A model generated the notes under the pieces. The model was not told where the DNA came from, did no database searches, and worked only from the letters and a program-made list of their open reading frames with translations. From Chiloscyllium plagiosum (lineage: Eukaryota), in NCBI RefSeq assembly GCF_004010195.1, contig NC_057720.1:1410937-1465645 (forward strand): a DNA stretch of 54,709 nucleotides. Reading direction: 5' to 3'. The position numbers and the translations under genes were made by a program. Below are positions 12,685-24,234 of this stretch, in pieces. The first letter of the stretch is position 1. Every line of letters begins with the position of its first letter.

Positions 12685-13335
12685 ATAGAGTCATAGAGAT
12701 GTGCAGCACGGAAACAGACCCTTCGGTCCAACCCATCCATGCCGACCAGATATCCCAACCCAATCTAGTCCCACCTGCCAGCACCCGGCCCATATCCCTC
12801 CAAACCCTTCCTATTCATATATCCATCCAAATGCCTCTTAAATGTTGCAATTGTACCAACCTCCACCACTTCCTCTGGCAGCTCATCCCATACCCATACC
12901 ACCCTTTGTGTGAAAAAAGTTGCCCTGTAGGTCTCTTTTATATCTTTCCCCTCTCACCCTAAACCTATACCCTCTAGTTCTGGACTCCCCCACCCCACAG
13001 AAAAGACTTTGCCTATTTATCCTATCCATGTCTCTCATAATTTTGGAAACCTCTATAAGGTCACCTCTCAGCCTCCGACGCTCCAGGGAAAACAGCCCCA
13101 GCCTATTCAACCTCTCCCTATAGCTCAAATCCTCCAACCCTGGCAACATCCTTGTAAATTTTTTCTGAACCCTTTCAAGTTTCACAACATCTTTCCGATA
13201 GGAAGGAGACCAGAATTGCACCCAATATTCCAAAAGTGGCCTAACCAATGTCCTGTACAGCCGCAACATGACCTCCCAACTCCTGTACTCAATACTCTGA
13301 CCAATAAAGGAAAGCATCCCAAATGCCTTCTTCAG
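12685..13335 (-). mobile_element. CR1 LINE 3' end, well preserved
   Basis: ORF 12883-13371: LRLYRTLVRPLLEYWVQFWSPSYRKD...LERRRLRGDLIEV. Confidence 0.92.
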
Positions 13336-13791
13336 TATAACTGTGTGATTGGTTCTCAGGGAACTGAACATGTTGACACTGTAAACAAGACACTGAGAAG
13401 CTTTCGGATCTCCACCACCTCAGCAACTCCCTCTGTGTGCAGTAAAAGCTACTTTTAGCCTGAAGAAAGCCACTTTATTTTTCCTTAAGTTCTTGCTGTA
13501 AACAGCTACTTTTAATGAGTAATCCAGAGGTCTATTATAAGTGAACTATCCACCTAGCCTCTTGCAAATCAGTAGAAGTGTCCAGAGAAGGAAAGTCCAG
13601 AAGCATATCATCTCAGCAAACTCTGTGAACAGAGGCCTTGTTTATGCTCTGTTCATAACATCTGTTTTGTTTCCTGTATTTGTGTCTATGTCTGTGTGTA
13701 AGGCAAGTTTATAAGGGGATTAATGTTAGTTTTCTGCCTTCATCTCATAATTGCTTACCTGTAGCTGGAGTTTAATTACTAGTAATAAATA

Positions 13792-14019
13792 TGATGTGGT
13801 GGTGCCAGTGTTGGACTGGGGTAGACAAAGTTAAAAATCACTCAACAACTAGGTTTGTTCAATATATCATTTTAATTGCATGACACTGTGTTCCTTTACT
13901 ATAAATTCTGTCTTATGATCCTGTTCCACTAGTTACCTGACAAAAGAGCAGCGCTCATAAAGCTAGTGCTTCCAAATAAATCTGTTGGACTATAACCTAG
14001 TGTTGTGTGATTTTTAACT
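13792..14019. mobile_element. Short inverted-terminus PLE derivative (family B)
   Basis: 12-bp TSD tagtaataaata at 13780-13791 and 14020-14031; degenerate hammerhead at about 13936-13968. Confidence 0.8.
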
Positions 14020-14814
14020 TAGTAATAAATAGTAATTCTTGTTAAGTACAGAAACCTGGTCCAAAGTTTTTGTCAACTTAAGAAATAAACTGGGGAATCT
14101 TGCATACTTTTAAAGATCTTTAATGTTTGTGAAGACTTCATGAATAGTGGGGCCTGAATTCTAGAATACTACCCCAGTGAAACATGACATCTCAAAAGTT
14201 TGCCTATCTTCCCATTAAATACATCAAAGCTATCAATTCAATGACTTCCTGATATACAGAGTTGCACATTCTCACTATATTTTAAATGAAGAAGTTTATT
14301 TTGTGTTCCTTTTGGATTTCTTGGTGACTACCAAATATTGGTGGCCTCCTTCTCACCTAACCAACTCCATCAGTAATTTCTAAATCTTCTAACATGGTGC
14401 AAGAAGTTTCCCCTTTTGTAAACCAAAGGGCCCCAGTCTTTATTGTCCTTTGATTAAAATCTATCATTCCGGTATCCTCTTTAGGGAACACTTTTGTGTC
14501 ATTTCCATAACATGAAGAGCAGAAATTAACATAGTACCCAGAAGGCAATCTAACTAAGCTTCTTTCTACAGGCTTGAATCACTTAAAAATTCGAGTTGCC
14601 ATTGACCAATCTTAATTTGTTCAGAAACCTTTCAACTAAAAAAAACAAGGACAAGATGTATTTTTGTTTTTCTCTTTGCAAACCTAAATCTAACAGAATC
14701 AATGAATTTCATCTGAATTTAAGCCTCAGTACAGGAGGTGAAACTAGCCTTGTTCTACAGAACTGTAAAGTCTCTCTCTGTCATTATGGTACTCAGTAGA
14801 AAGATGCACCTTAC

Positions 14815-14934
14815 CTGATTTTCACCTGGGTTAGGTATGGGAATATCCATTTCCAACTTGAGCTCTGATGGTCCACCAAATTTATAGACCCGCACAGCAC
14901 GCATGAATGAGGCAGCTGGTGTTCTAGAAGTCAT
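14815..14934 (-). CDS. CRYZ: Zeta-crystallin, first coding exon (exon starts at 14940, ATG at 14934)
   Basis: MTSRTPAASFMRAVRVYKFGGPSELKLEMDIPIPNPGENQ, similar to human MRAVRVFEFGGPEVLKL. Acceptor CTTAG|, donor CAG|GTAAGG; in frame with the 5733 exon. Confidence 0.95.
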
Positions 14935-15459
14935 GATAATCTAAGATTTAATTAGTTATTGCATTAAACTTTTGTAAAATTCTGTAAACCTCTTCAAACT
15001 TCCGTAAACACCTGCAACAATTCACATATAATTTAACTTACTTATTTTAATTCATGAGCTAGGAATCTCACCTTGGGTTTAAAAAGTTGTAGGTTCAAGT
15101 CCCAGCCAAAAGCTTTTAATCTAGGCTGACATTACCAATGCAATGTGATACTAAGTGTTTTGCTGTACTGTCAGAACTCCTGTCTTTTGAATGAGATGTT
15201 AAACAAAAACCCTGTCTATCCACTTAAATAGACAGAAAAGATTCCACAACCTTATTGAGAAGAGTGAGGGTATCCAGGTCAATATTCACCCTTCAATGGG
15301 CATCATGACAACATATTGTTTGATCTATGTCTCATCACACCTTTTGTGAGTCTGCTATGATTCTTTCTCTGACAGAAATTGACATCCCTGTTTCTAAAAA
15401 CACTTCTTGACTATAAAACAACTTGACGTCATGAAAAGTGCAATGGAAAAGCTGGTCTG

Positions 15460-15772
15460 CTTCACCAGCACCTTCCAAACCTACAATGACTAACATCTAG
15501 GAGGACTGCAGCAGATACAGTGAAACATAACTACTTCCAAGTTCCCCTCCAAGCCGCACACCATCCTGACCTGGAAATATATCACTGTTCCTTCAATGTT
15601 GTTAGGCCAAAATTCTGGAATTCCATCCCTAACAGCATTGTGGGTCTATCTACGCACACTGACTGCAGAAATTCAAGAATAAGGCTCACCACCACCTTCT
15701 CAAAGGCAACTAGGATCGGGCAAAAAGTGCTCACCCAGCCAGTGATGCTCACTTCCCATGAATGAATTTAAA
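15460..15772 (+). mobile_element. LINE 3' end (family sharing its tail with the Deu SINE)
   Basis: gttcccctccaagccgcacaccatcctgac...cccatgaatgaa; homologous to the elements at 40.8-41.7 kb, 43.1-43.7 kb and 53.1-53.9 kb. Confidence 0.65.
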
Positions 15773-16750
15773 AAGTGCCTCTCTAAACCACATATTCAAA
15801 ACTGTTTGAATAATCCAACTTTCTGTGCAGCAGAGAAGAACATCTGTGATGAATCTTGAGAAAGAGATAGTCATTACTCAAACTCAATCCCAACTGATAC
15901 AATGATGCAATGTTATCAACCATCAATGTGTAAGAGATTGATAGCTTGATGTCAGTTTCTTGACTTTGAACATTATCATAAATGAGATAACCGATTAACA
16001 TAAAATCATAGTGAAAGATCAGCATTCCAACAATGCAGGTTGAAACATAAAGCCTGATTCATTTCAATTGGTCAGTCAGTTGGAGGGTTCAAGGAAAACT
16101 ACTGTCTGAATGTCCCTCTGAAGTAAGGACTTGCACACCACAGTGGGGCATCTAAGACACACCAAGTGATGCAGAACACAGAGTTGACCACCTCGGCACA
16201 AACCATCATATTTATGGGACAGAAAACTACCAACACTGCTCTACTGACTGTTATGATCCTAGGTGGTTTTTATGAGACAAATCACTTCCCAGACTGAAAT
16301 CTGGCTTGATAATCAAAACATGCCTTAATATTGATTTTAAAGAGGTCGGCTTTCACTGAAACACAGGCAAGCAAAGGTACAGATTTGGCTTTAACAATAA
16401 AACAGCAGCAAAAAAACAAAAAAATGAATAAACCAAATTATTTACATGTAACACATATAAAGATTGTGAAACATGTAGTAAATTACAATCCCATTGATTC
16501 CACAGCATTCCTTTACTGTACTCAAACACTCCAGAGAGAGCATCCTCTTCTCTCCTACACATCAGGGTTAACTCAGCTAATGCTTCAATTGCTGTCCTGA
16601 GAAACTGATGACTTTTCTCTTGAGTCTTTGAATAATGGAATGTAGAAATTCCCAGATTCAAATAAACCCATTACGGTTTTAATCAAACATTTCTAGTCTG
16701 GAACTGTAAAACTAAACTCCTTGCACTCAGGCAATCTATACCTTAATAGT

Positions 16751-16966
16751 GGTAAAAACAATGACTGCAGATGCTGGAAACCAGATTCTGGATTAGTGGT
16801 GCTGGAAGAGCACAGCAGTTCAGGCAGCATCCAAGGAGCTTCGAAATCGACGTTTCGGGCAAAAGCCCTTTATTCCTGATGAAGGGCTTTTGCCCGAAAC
16901 GTCGATTTTGAAGCTCTTTGGATGCTGTCTGTACTGCTGTGCTCTTCCAGCACCACTAATCCAGAA
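16751..16966. mobile_element. Fold-back PLE derivative (family A) with hammerhead core
   Basis: 14-bp TSD tataccttaatagt at 16737-16750 and 16967-16980; inverted arms; CTGATGA at 16876-16882, GAAACGTC at 16896-16903. Confidence 0.88.
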
Positions 16967-17457
16967 TATACCTTAATAGTTCCAAGCTACTTCCCTTCTT
17001 TTGGTGCCAACACCTCTATACGTCCGACTTCAACCAAGACATCTGCAAAGCTACTGTACTGAAATGCAAAAGCTTTTCTTCCAACCCATGCATTTTTCTC
17101 CTCAGCAAAAGAAACAAAATCAATCACTGACAATCTCTTTCAACAAAAACAAATTTCAATAACTTTCAAGAACTCTCTCTCAAACTGTTTCTTTACTTAA
17201 AAAAAAAGAAATCATCATGGTTTCAGAAAAACCGACTAGTTAATCATTAAACCCATCAGAAACACAGAACGAAACCCATATGCCATGAGGTGAAATCAAA
17301 AATCAAAAATCAAAACAAATGATGTACGCACATAACGTGTAGGTTTGCTCGCTATGAGCTGAAAACGAACCTTGCAGCTCAGCGAGCAAACCTACATCCA
17401 GCACATAACATCTCAGGACTGCTTTGAACAGTAAAAACATCATTCTCCAACACTTAC

Positions 17458-17670
17458 TTGTTAAGAGTTTGTTCAGATTAAGATTAACGTTCCAATTTTT
17501 GTATATTTTCCCTCAAGTAGCAGACAGGAGACGTTTTATCTATTTCTTTTCTTCGTCAAATTTACTAGAGTCTAAAGGGCAGCAAACAGGACCTGATCAC
17601 TGTAGGGATCTACAATAAACGACCTATATAAGGGCGGACGGAACCAGTGTTGGCTGGGAGCATTCCCAAT
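17458..17670 (-). promoter_or_regulatory. Candidate alternative CRYZ promoter and non-coding first exon
   Basis: TATATAA at 17625-17631 abutting GGGCGG at 17632-17637; CCAAT at 17666-17670; strong minus donor CAA|GTAAGTG at 17458/17457. Confidence 0.35.
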
Positions 17671-17734
17671 TCAAGCCAAAAAAATTCATGGCTTCAGGTC
17701 CTAAGGTCCACAACACATAAGCCAGGCTAGCACA

Positions 17735-18160
17735 CTGAGTACAGTATGGAGGGAGCACTACATTAATGATTAATATGAAGTGAGCACTGCACTGTCAGAG
17801 GAGCAGTTCACTGTCATAGAGGCAAAACCAAGGGGCACTGCACTATGGAGAGGTGAAACCAAGGGGTGCTGCATGATGGAGAGGCAAAACCAAGGGGCGC
17901 AACACTACAGAGATGCAAAACCAAGGTGCACTGCACTGTAGAGAGGCAAAACCAAGGGGTGCTACACTGTCAGAGAGACACTACCAAAGAAGCGCTGAAC
18001 TGTGGACAGACAGCACTGCACTTTCAGAGAAAGTATCAAAGAGGTGCTGCACTGTCAGAGAGACTGTACCAAAGAAGTGCTGCACTGTGGAGAGACAGCA
18101 TCAAAGGAGCATTGCACTGTGCACAGACAATACCAAAGAGGTGCTGCACTGTCAGAGAGA
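17735..18160. repeat. Minisatellite of about 31-33 bp (left part)
   Basis: Units such as gtgctgcactgtcagagagactgtaccaaaga. Confidence 0.85.
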
Positions 18161-20400
18161 ATGCTGGCGGCCTTTCCTTGACAGCGGGCCTAGTAGATGG
18201 ATTCTATAGATTGGAGGTTGGATTTTGTGACTGTCTGGGCCACATTCACCACTCTCTGTAACCGTCTCCGATCTTGAATGGTATAGTTACCATACCAGAT
18301 AGTGATACATCCAGACAAAATGCTCTCAATGACGCACCTATAAATGTTGGCAAAGATATTCGGCATTATGCCAAACTTTCTCAACTGCCTGAGGAAGAAG
18401 AGACATTGTTGGGCCTTTGCAACCAGTGTATCCACATGAAGAGTCCAAGAAAGCTTGTTGTTGATGACCACTCCTAGGAGCTTGACACTCTCCACTTGTT
18501 CCACCTCTGTGCTGTTAGTGTGTAGGGGGGGTATGAGTAACACCCCACCGAAACTCAATAATGAGTTCCTTGGTTTTGATGGCATTGAGAGCTAGGTTAT
18601 TCTCAGTGCACTATTTTTCCAAGTCTTTCACCTCACTTCGGTAATCTGTTTCGTTGCCACCTGAGATTCAACCAACTATGGTGGTGTCATTAAATGGCAT
18701 TAGTCTGGTATTTGGTGACACAGTCATGGGTATACAATGAGTACAGTAGGGGGCTGAGTACGCACCCCTGGGGGGCTCCAGTGTTGAATGTTAGTGAGGA
18801 TGAAATATTGTCCCCAATCTTCACTGATTGTAACTCGTGGGTCAGGAAACTGAGGATCCAGTTGCAGAGAGTGGGGCTTAGTCCGAGATCACTAAGTTTA
18901 GTAATCAGTCTCGAGGGGATAATAGTGTTGAAGGTTGAGCTGTAGTTAATGAGTACGATTCTTACATAGCTGTTCTTGGTGTCAAGATGTTCTAGGGAGG
19001 AGTGAAGGGCAAGTGATATGGCATCTGATGTGGATCCGTTGGTCCAATAGGTAAATTGGAATGGGTCAAGAGTGGTGGGAAGTCTGGAGGTGATTAATGC
19101 CATGATCAGCCTTTCAAAGCATTTCATGACCTCTGAAGTTACGGCCACTGGATGACAGTCATTCAGACATGCTGCATGAGCCTTCTTAGGCACAGGGATG
19201 ATGTTGGCCTCTGGAAACAGGCAGGGACAGTGGCCTGCTGCAGGAAGAGGTTGGAGATGTCTGAGAAGACCTCTGCCAGTTGATCTGCGCATGCTCTGAG
19301 TGCACAGCCTGGTACTCCGTCTGGTCCCATGCTTTCCTTGGATTCACACAAAGGAAAACTGATCTGACCTCTGATGCTGTGACTGTTGGGATAGGTTCAT
19401 CAGAACATGTCGGAATAGGTGTTACCTCTCCGGCGAAATTCTGCTCGAAGTGAGCATAGAAGGCGTTGAGATGATCTGGGAGGGATGTGTCATCTCTGCT
19501 ATTTTGCACTATCTCTTTTTTGAACCTGTGATGTCATTCAGTCCTTGCCATAATCGCTGGGTGTGCATCTGGGTCTCTTGTTTGGATCAGTATTGGCCCT
19601 TGGCTGTCTTAATGGCTCTGTGAAAGTCATGTTAGATTCCTTATATTTGAGTGGGTCTCCTGATTTAAAGCCGCATGCCTGGTTTTTAGCAGTTTCTGTA
19701 TGTCCTGGTTCATCCAGGGTTTCCTGTTGGGGAACACCCGGTTTGACTCCCTCAGTATGCAATCCTCCACACACTTGCTGATAGAGTCTGTGACAGTGGT
19801 GGCTTACTCGTCCAAAGTACCTGCGGCCTGTTTGAACACGGCCCAATCAGCCGATTCCAGGCAGCACCGGAGTTGATTCTCTGCCTCCTCCAACCAGCAC
19901 TGGACCTAATTCCGCAAAGGGGTCTCCTGCTTGAGCTTTTCTATGTAATTGGGGAGAAGAAACATGGCATTGTGGTCGGAGTTCCCGAAATGAGGGCAGG
20001 GGATGGAGCGATGGTGATGAATTTAGCCCGGACAATCACAAAGGCCAACATCCCACCTATAGAATCCATCTACCAGTCCCGCTGTCAAGGAAAGACTGTC
20101 AGCATTCCCAAAGATCCATCCCACCCTGGCAATGCTTTCTACAACCTCTACCATCTGGGAGAAGGTACAGAAGCCTGAACACACACGCCAGCTGGTTTCG
20201 AAATAGTTTCTACCCTACTGTTATTAGAATACTGAATGGACTCACAAACTCTGAGCATTCGCCTGTACCTGTGTTTTTGTTTTTGCTGTTTACCTATTAT
20301 TTGTTTATCTATGCTATTTAACTATGTGTTCTGTCTGTATTGATCGCAAGACAAAGCTTTTTACTATGCCTCGGTACACGTCAATAAATTACGTTCAATG
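18160..20400. mobile_element. Rex1/Babar LINE with a 5' inversion (minus 18160-20010, plus 20011-20400)
   Basis: Minus: PVPKKAHAACLNDCHPVAVTSEVMKCFERL, TGAPQGCVLSPLLYSLYTHDC. Plus: ESIYQSRCQGKTVSIPKDPSHPG, then 3' UTR with AATAAA at about 20383. Confidence 0.85.
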
Positions 20401-20404
20401 CAAT

Positions 20405-21210
20405 TAAAGAGTGTGCTGCACTGTCAGAAAGACAGTACCAAAGGAGCACTGCACTGTGAGAGAGACAGTACCAAAGGAACACTGTACTGTCAGACAGACA
20501 GTACCAAAGGAGCACTCCACTGTCAGAAAGACAATACCAAAGGAACACTGTACTGTCAGAGAGACAGTACCAAAGGAGCACTGTACTGTCAGAGAGACAG
20601 TACCAAAGGAGTACTGCACTGTGAGACAGACAGTACCAAAGGAGCACTGCACAGTGAGACAGACAGTACCAAAGGAGTACTGCACTGTGAGACAGACGGT
20701 ACCAAAGGAGCACTGCACTGTCAGAGAGACAGTACCAAAGGAGTACTGAACTGTGAGACAGACAGTACCAAAGGAGTACTGCACTGTGAGACAGACAGTA
20801 CCAAAGGAGCACTGTACTGAGAGCGAACCAGTACCAGAGGAATGCTGCACTGTCAGAAAGACAGTACGAAAGGAGCACTGCACTATCAGAGAGACAGTAC
20901 TGAAGGAGTACTCCACTATCAGAGAGATTATACCAAAGGAGCGCTGCACTGTTAAAGAGACAGTACTGAAGGAGAACTGCACTGTTAAAGAGACAGTACT
21001 GAAGGAGAACTGCACTGTTAGAGACACAATACTAAAGAAGCACGGCACTGCCAGATAGCGAGTAGCAAAGAGGTGCTGCACTGTCAGAGAGACAGTACCA
21101 AAGGAGCACTGCACCGTCTGAGGGTCAGTACTGAGGGAGTGCCGCACTGTCAGAGGGTCAGTCCTGAGGGAATGCCGCACTATCAGCGGGTCACAACTGA
21201 CAGAATGCTG
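20405..21210. repeat. 33-bp minisatellite (right part, about 24 units)
   Basis: Unit ggagcactgcactgtcagagagacagtaccaaa; explains the repetitive ORFs in several frames. Confidence 0.93.
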
Positions 21211-21644
21211 GACTGCCTGAAGGAAAGTACTAAGGTACTACATGAATGCAATTTGTTCTTTTGCCATTCTAGTTTGGGCATTGGATTCACATTATTTTGA
21301 TTTGATTGAAACACTACAACTGTGCCATAGTTTACATATTTGAGTTTTTGTTATAAATAATTTTAAAATACTGCACATCTACTTTGAGGCTTTAATCATA
21401 CTGAGAATGGATTTTAATGGTATTTCTCTCTCACTTCTGGTTGCTTCATACATTCAGCATGATTAATTCTTTAGCAGAAATAAACAGCACTTGCCAAACA
21501 GCTCAGTGATCAAGACCAAGCAAGGAAATTTACTAGAGGAGGGTAGATGTGGTGGTGCAAGTTTTCACAGACAGTGGTCATGATGGTTGGGGTGGGGGAG
21601 GGGGAAGGCAGTAGAATAGTTTTTTGCCACATGGTGAGATCAGA

Positions 21645-21872
21645 TTAGATTAGATTCCCTACAGCGTGGAAACAGGCCCTTCGGCCCAACAAGTCCACAC
21701 CGACCTTCCGAAGAGTAACCCCCACCCAGACCCCTCACATCTTTGGACTGTGGGAGGAAACCCACGCAGGTAAAATGAGGATGTGCAAACTCCACACAGA
21801 CAGTCACCCGAGACTGGAATCGAACCTGGGACCCTGGGGTTGTGAGACAGCAATGCTAACCACTGAGCCACC
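21645..21872 (-). mobile_element. HE1-type V-SINE
   Basis: Minus gtggctcagtggttagca...ggttcgattcc...gtggagtttgcacat. Confidence 0.85.
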
Positions 21873-22814
21873 TCTTCTTTAGCATTTTCTTACCTTGAAT
21901 GGTACTTTCTCAATCATTCCTATTCTATTTTCATTAAAAACAGATATGCAGACAACACATTAAATTTTATGAAAGTTATCCTTTCCCGCACAAACTGTTG
22001 CCTTCATGGTTCAAGGCTATCAAAATGACTTATTTATGCAGCCCAGTCTGACTCTATAATTTCAGTTGTGATTTGAACTTAATTAATTTAATTTACATTG
22101 AATGTTAGTTGGAAACAAATTTGGTTGTTTTTCCATGTGTACATCAATTGATACACCATTCTGTATGATACATACAATTTCCACCATAAGATAGTCCCAA
22201 CTAACAATTCACATAAATGTGAAATATTACAAAATATTGTTTTATTGTGATCTTTTAGATTTGGTTAAACTTACTATGCCTTTGACTATAATGAAGGCAG
22301 CTGACCATCATCTTCTCCAAGGATTGTAGGGATGGATAATAAATGCTTGTCTAACCAGCAAAACCTACATCTCCTGAATGAATTTAAAATGTTTCGTCTC
22401 ATAAGAAAATAACTTGTTACGATACATTTCATGCTAGTGATGAAAAAATGCCTGGATTTCTTACTGTCGCACTTACTTTCACCTTGTGGAGCTGTTCCAT
22501 AGTGTGCTCTTACACATTGTTTGGTCCACCATTCAGAAGCATTTGGAAAGTGTAGTGCTATATGCTTCATGCTCATTTCCAGAGTGAGATTTCAGCCAGG
22601 AAGGTAGTTCCAATCATGACGCAAATCCCTCTAAACAGGCACCACATTTTAAGCTTTTTAAGCTAATATGATGATCCTAAAGATGACTGAGATTCAGAAC
22701 ATCTTGGAACGAACAGAGGCAAGGTCATTTTGAATTTGATCAATTTCTGGGCTAGGTCCTGGTCCCCAAGGGGTGCTTGCAGTTGCAGGTAATTAATACC
22801 AGATTTGTCTGCAA

Positions 22815-23920
22815 TAGAACATAAAACATAGAAAAGTACAGCATAGAACAGGCCCTTTGACCCACGATGTTGCACCGAGGATTAATCCTAATGCAAAATA
22901 TAATAACTTAACCTATGCACCCCTGAACTCACTGCTATCCATGTGCATGTCCAGCAGTGGCTTAAATGTCCCTAATGACTCTGCTGGCAACTCATTCCAT
23001 GCATTGACAACTCTCTGCGTAACGAACCTAACTCTGACATCTCCTCTATTCCTTCCTTCTAACACCTTAAAACTATGACTCGTCGTGCCAGTCAATCCTG
23101 CCCTGGGGAAAAATCTCTGGCTATTGACTCTATCCATGCCTCTCATTACCTTGTTTACCTCGATCAGGTCTCCTCTCTTCCTCCTTCTCTCCAGAGAGAA
23201 AAGTCCTAGCTTAGTCAACCTGTTTGTAAGACAAGCCTTCTAGTCCAGAAAGCATCCTGGTAAACTTTCTTTGCACCCTCTCCAAAGCCTCCGTATCTTT
23301 TCTATAATAGGGAAACCAGAACTGGACACAATATTCCAAGTGTGGTCTCACCAGGGACTTGTAGAGCTGCAGCAAAATCTCGCAGCTCTTAAACTCGATC
23401 CCCCTGTTAATGAAAGCCAAAACACCATATGTTTTCTAACAACCCTATCCACTTGGATGGCAACTTTGAGGGATGTATGCACTTGAACACCAAGATCCCG
23501 CTGTTCTTCCACACTGCCAAGAATCCTGTCTTTAATCCTATATTCAGCATTCAAGTTCGACCTTCCAAAATACATCACTTCGCATTTATCCAGGTTGAAC
23601 TCCATCTGCCATTTCTCAGCCCAGCTCTGCATCCTGTCCATGTGGTGCTGCAGCTTGCAATAGCCCTCGATACTATCGACGGCACCTCCAACCTTTGTGT
23701 CATCTACAAATTTACTAGCCCACCCCTCATTTATAAAAACTACAAAGAGCAGAGGCCCAAGAACCCCACTCAACACTGACCTCCAGGCAGAATACTTTCC
23801 ATCTACAACTACTCTCTGCCTTCTGTCAGCCAACCAATTCTGAATCCAGATAGCCAAATCTCCCTGTATCCCATACTTCCTGACTTTATGAATGAGCCTA
23901 CCATGGGGAACCTTATCAAA
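22815..23920 (-). mobile_element. CR1 LINE RT and 3' end
   Basis: FDKVPHGRLIHKV, KFVDDTKVGG, WQMEFNLDKCEVM. Confidence 0.9.
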
Positions 23921-24234
23921 TGGCCAAGACTGTGTTCCAGAACTCATGAGACACACAACTACTGGCAGGGTGAAAGCAGAGACTGCACAGCAGTTAAGCA
24001 CTTCTTCAAAGATGCTTTCCAGGTAGTCCCTGTGAACAACAAGTTCAAAATGGCTGACAACAAAATCTCTGCAAGCAGACTTTTAAAGTTGTTTGGGAGG
24101 TATCACCAGTGTCAATCCCCTCAATCTCTCCTTTATCCAGTCCAGTCACAAACCTGCTACCATTACTCAGAATATACTCATAAAACCATTGCTCCCAATT
24201 AATAAGTAGAAATCTTTATATTTCTCTTTACTTG

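Noticed and set aside
16249..17410. Possible solo LTR (TGTTATG...CATAACA)
   Set aside because: Termini are suggestive but there is no matching TSD, so it was not called
20381..21180. Long Cys/His-rich repetitive ORFs; also a superficially CRISPR-like array
   Set aside because: Products of a 33-bp minisatellite. There are no unique spacers, and the context is vertebrate.
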